Part shown: one piece after another, positions 62,663 to 64,000 of the stretch
Numbering within the stretch: position 1 is the stretch's first letter
How the letters are laid out: every line of letters begins with the position of its first letter
NCBI GenBank assembly: GCA_030390025.1
Contig: CM059440.1
Location: forward strand, 17,918,001-17,982,000
Origin: Squalus acanthias
Lineage: Eukaryota
DNA: 64,000 nt
Direction of reading: 5' to 3'
Notes under the pieces: model-generated
Databases searched by the model: none
Told to the model about the DNA's origin: nothing
The model's input: the letters and a program-made list of their open reading frames with translations, nothing else
Made by a program: the position numbers and the translations under genes

Positions 62663-63035
62663 AACAAGAAAGACTTACATTTATCGAGCATCTTATGATG
62701 TCTCTCTGGAACATACCCAAGCGCTTCACAGACAATAAATTAATTTGAAGTTAGGAGGCAAACGTGGCAGTCATTTTCTGCACAGCAGGGTCCCATATCT
62801 TTGTTTCTCTTCCACTTGGAACATGCCATGGAATCGTCAACATCCACCTGAACAAGCCAAATAATGCCTCCATTTAATGTCTCATTTGAAGGACAGCACC
62901 CATGACAATGCTGCACTCTGGCAGTACTGAACTGGACTGTCAGCCTAGATTATGTGCTCAAGTCCTGCAATGGGGTTTGAACCCACAATCTTCAGACTCT
63001 GAGCCAGTGAGAATGCCAACAACTGATCCAAGTTG
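62663..63035 (-). mobile_element. Diverged DeuSINE-like SINE
   Basis: aagaaagacttacattta...gtcagcctagattatgtgctcaagtcc...tttgaacccacaatcttcagactctgag. Confidence 0.75.
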
Positions 63036-63379
63036 ATATCAAGAGCCCCGTCATATTGACACCACTTATTTTCCATAAAAGGAATCAACACACAACCCTA
63101 AGGTGTTCACCAGGCCTGTGCATTGGTGCAAAAAAAACCCCACCACAATCAGCAACAAGTGCGACACATCGCGTGGAGGGTAAATGTCAACATGGGCTAG
63201 TTGAACCGAACGGACTGTTTCTGTGATGTAACTTCCTTGTATTACCTCAGAGAAACTTACCTCTCAAAAGGCAACATTTCAAACACTGGACAGAAACAGA
63301 ACTGTGCAATTTATTTCCCACAGCAGACCCTCCCCCCTGCAGACAAAGTGACCAAGAAACAAAATTGAGTCCATTCGTG

Positions 63380-63600
63380 CAAAGAAAGAACTTGAATTTC
63401 TATAGCACCTTTCACATCAGGACATCTCAAAGCTCTTTGCAGCCAATGAAATCTTTAGAAGTGTAGTCACTGTTGTAATGTAAGAAACATGACATCCAAT
63501 TTGCACACAGCAAGATCCCACAAACAGCATTGAGATAATGACCAAATAATCTGTTTTAGTGATGTTGGTTGAGTGATAAATATTGGCCAGGACAACCTCT
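63380..63600 (-). mobile_element. DeuSINE 3' half
   Basis: aaagaacttgaatttctatagcacctttcac...cacagcaagatcccacaaacagc...taaatattggccaggac. Confidence 0.82.
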
Positions 63601-63704
63601 TCTTTAGAGCAAGGTCCATATTATTACAGTAGACCTGTCCAAAACCTGGCCAACTGAGATGCTTAAATTGCAGCTATGCGTGTTTTTTTACTAGATATTT
63701 CAAT

Positions 63705-64000
63705 TATTTGCAACTGTTCTTTTCTCCTGAAGGTGTCAACTCTTGCTGAGGTATAGTTCCAATGGTTCAAACTACAGTAAGCACCCAAGTGACCATGTAT
63801 TACCCTGCCCTGGACTGCAAGGGACAGCAGGCACTGAAACAATGGAGGATCACCACAGTCCAACCTGTTCCTATATTCGCCTGTTGTCCCTGTACATTCG
63901 CTTTCCAGCAAGAGACACTGGATAATGATGAAGAGCATGAACCCTGACTGATTTTTCTCCTCTCTAAGCCAGGGGCTGAGGAGCAATTTTATTCCATTTA
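63705..64000 (-). mobile_element. SINE family B, truncated by window end
   Basis: ctctcctgaaggtgtcaactcttgctgaggtatagttcca...cccaagtgacca...ctttccagca...gaaccctgactgatttttc. Confidence 0.72.

Overview
Repeat-rich, CpG-depleted vertebrate genomic DNA, intronic or intergenic. The retroposon content (CR1 and L2 LINEs, many SacSINE1/DeuSINE-like tRNA SINEs, Penelope-type fold-backs, no obvious HE1 V-SINE) points to a cartilaginous fish, probably a shark (inference). I recognise no host protein-coding gene. The only clear protein homologies are LINE reverse-transcriptase remnants, including one stop-free ~400-codon CR1 ORF2 fragment at 16426-17630 (-). The most notable structures are two TSD-flanked Penelope-derived fold-back elements (33028-33688 and 22352-22532). 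The larger one carries a minimal type-I hammerhead ribozyme motif on each strand, one intact and one core-mutated. Also present: a young pogo/Tigger-like MITE with perfect 24-bp TIRs and TA duplication (51320-51744), a possible Harbinger-like non-autonomous element, an abundant old SINE resembling AmnSINE2 (from memory), chimeric and nested retroposons, a CRE/CCAAT/TATA promoter-like cluster (53.4-53.6 kb) and a few unverified candidate exons. Repeat boundaries were read by eye and are approximate unless TSDs/TIRs are quoted. Family names come from recalled consensus sequences, not database searches.
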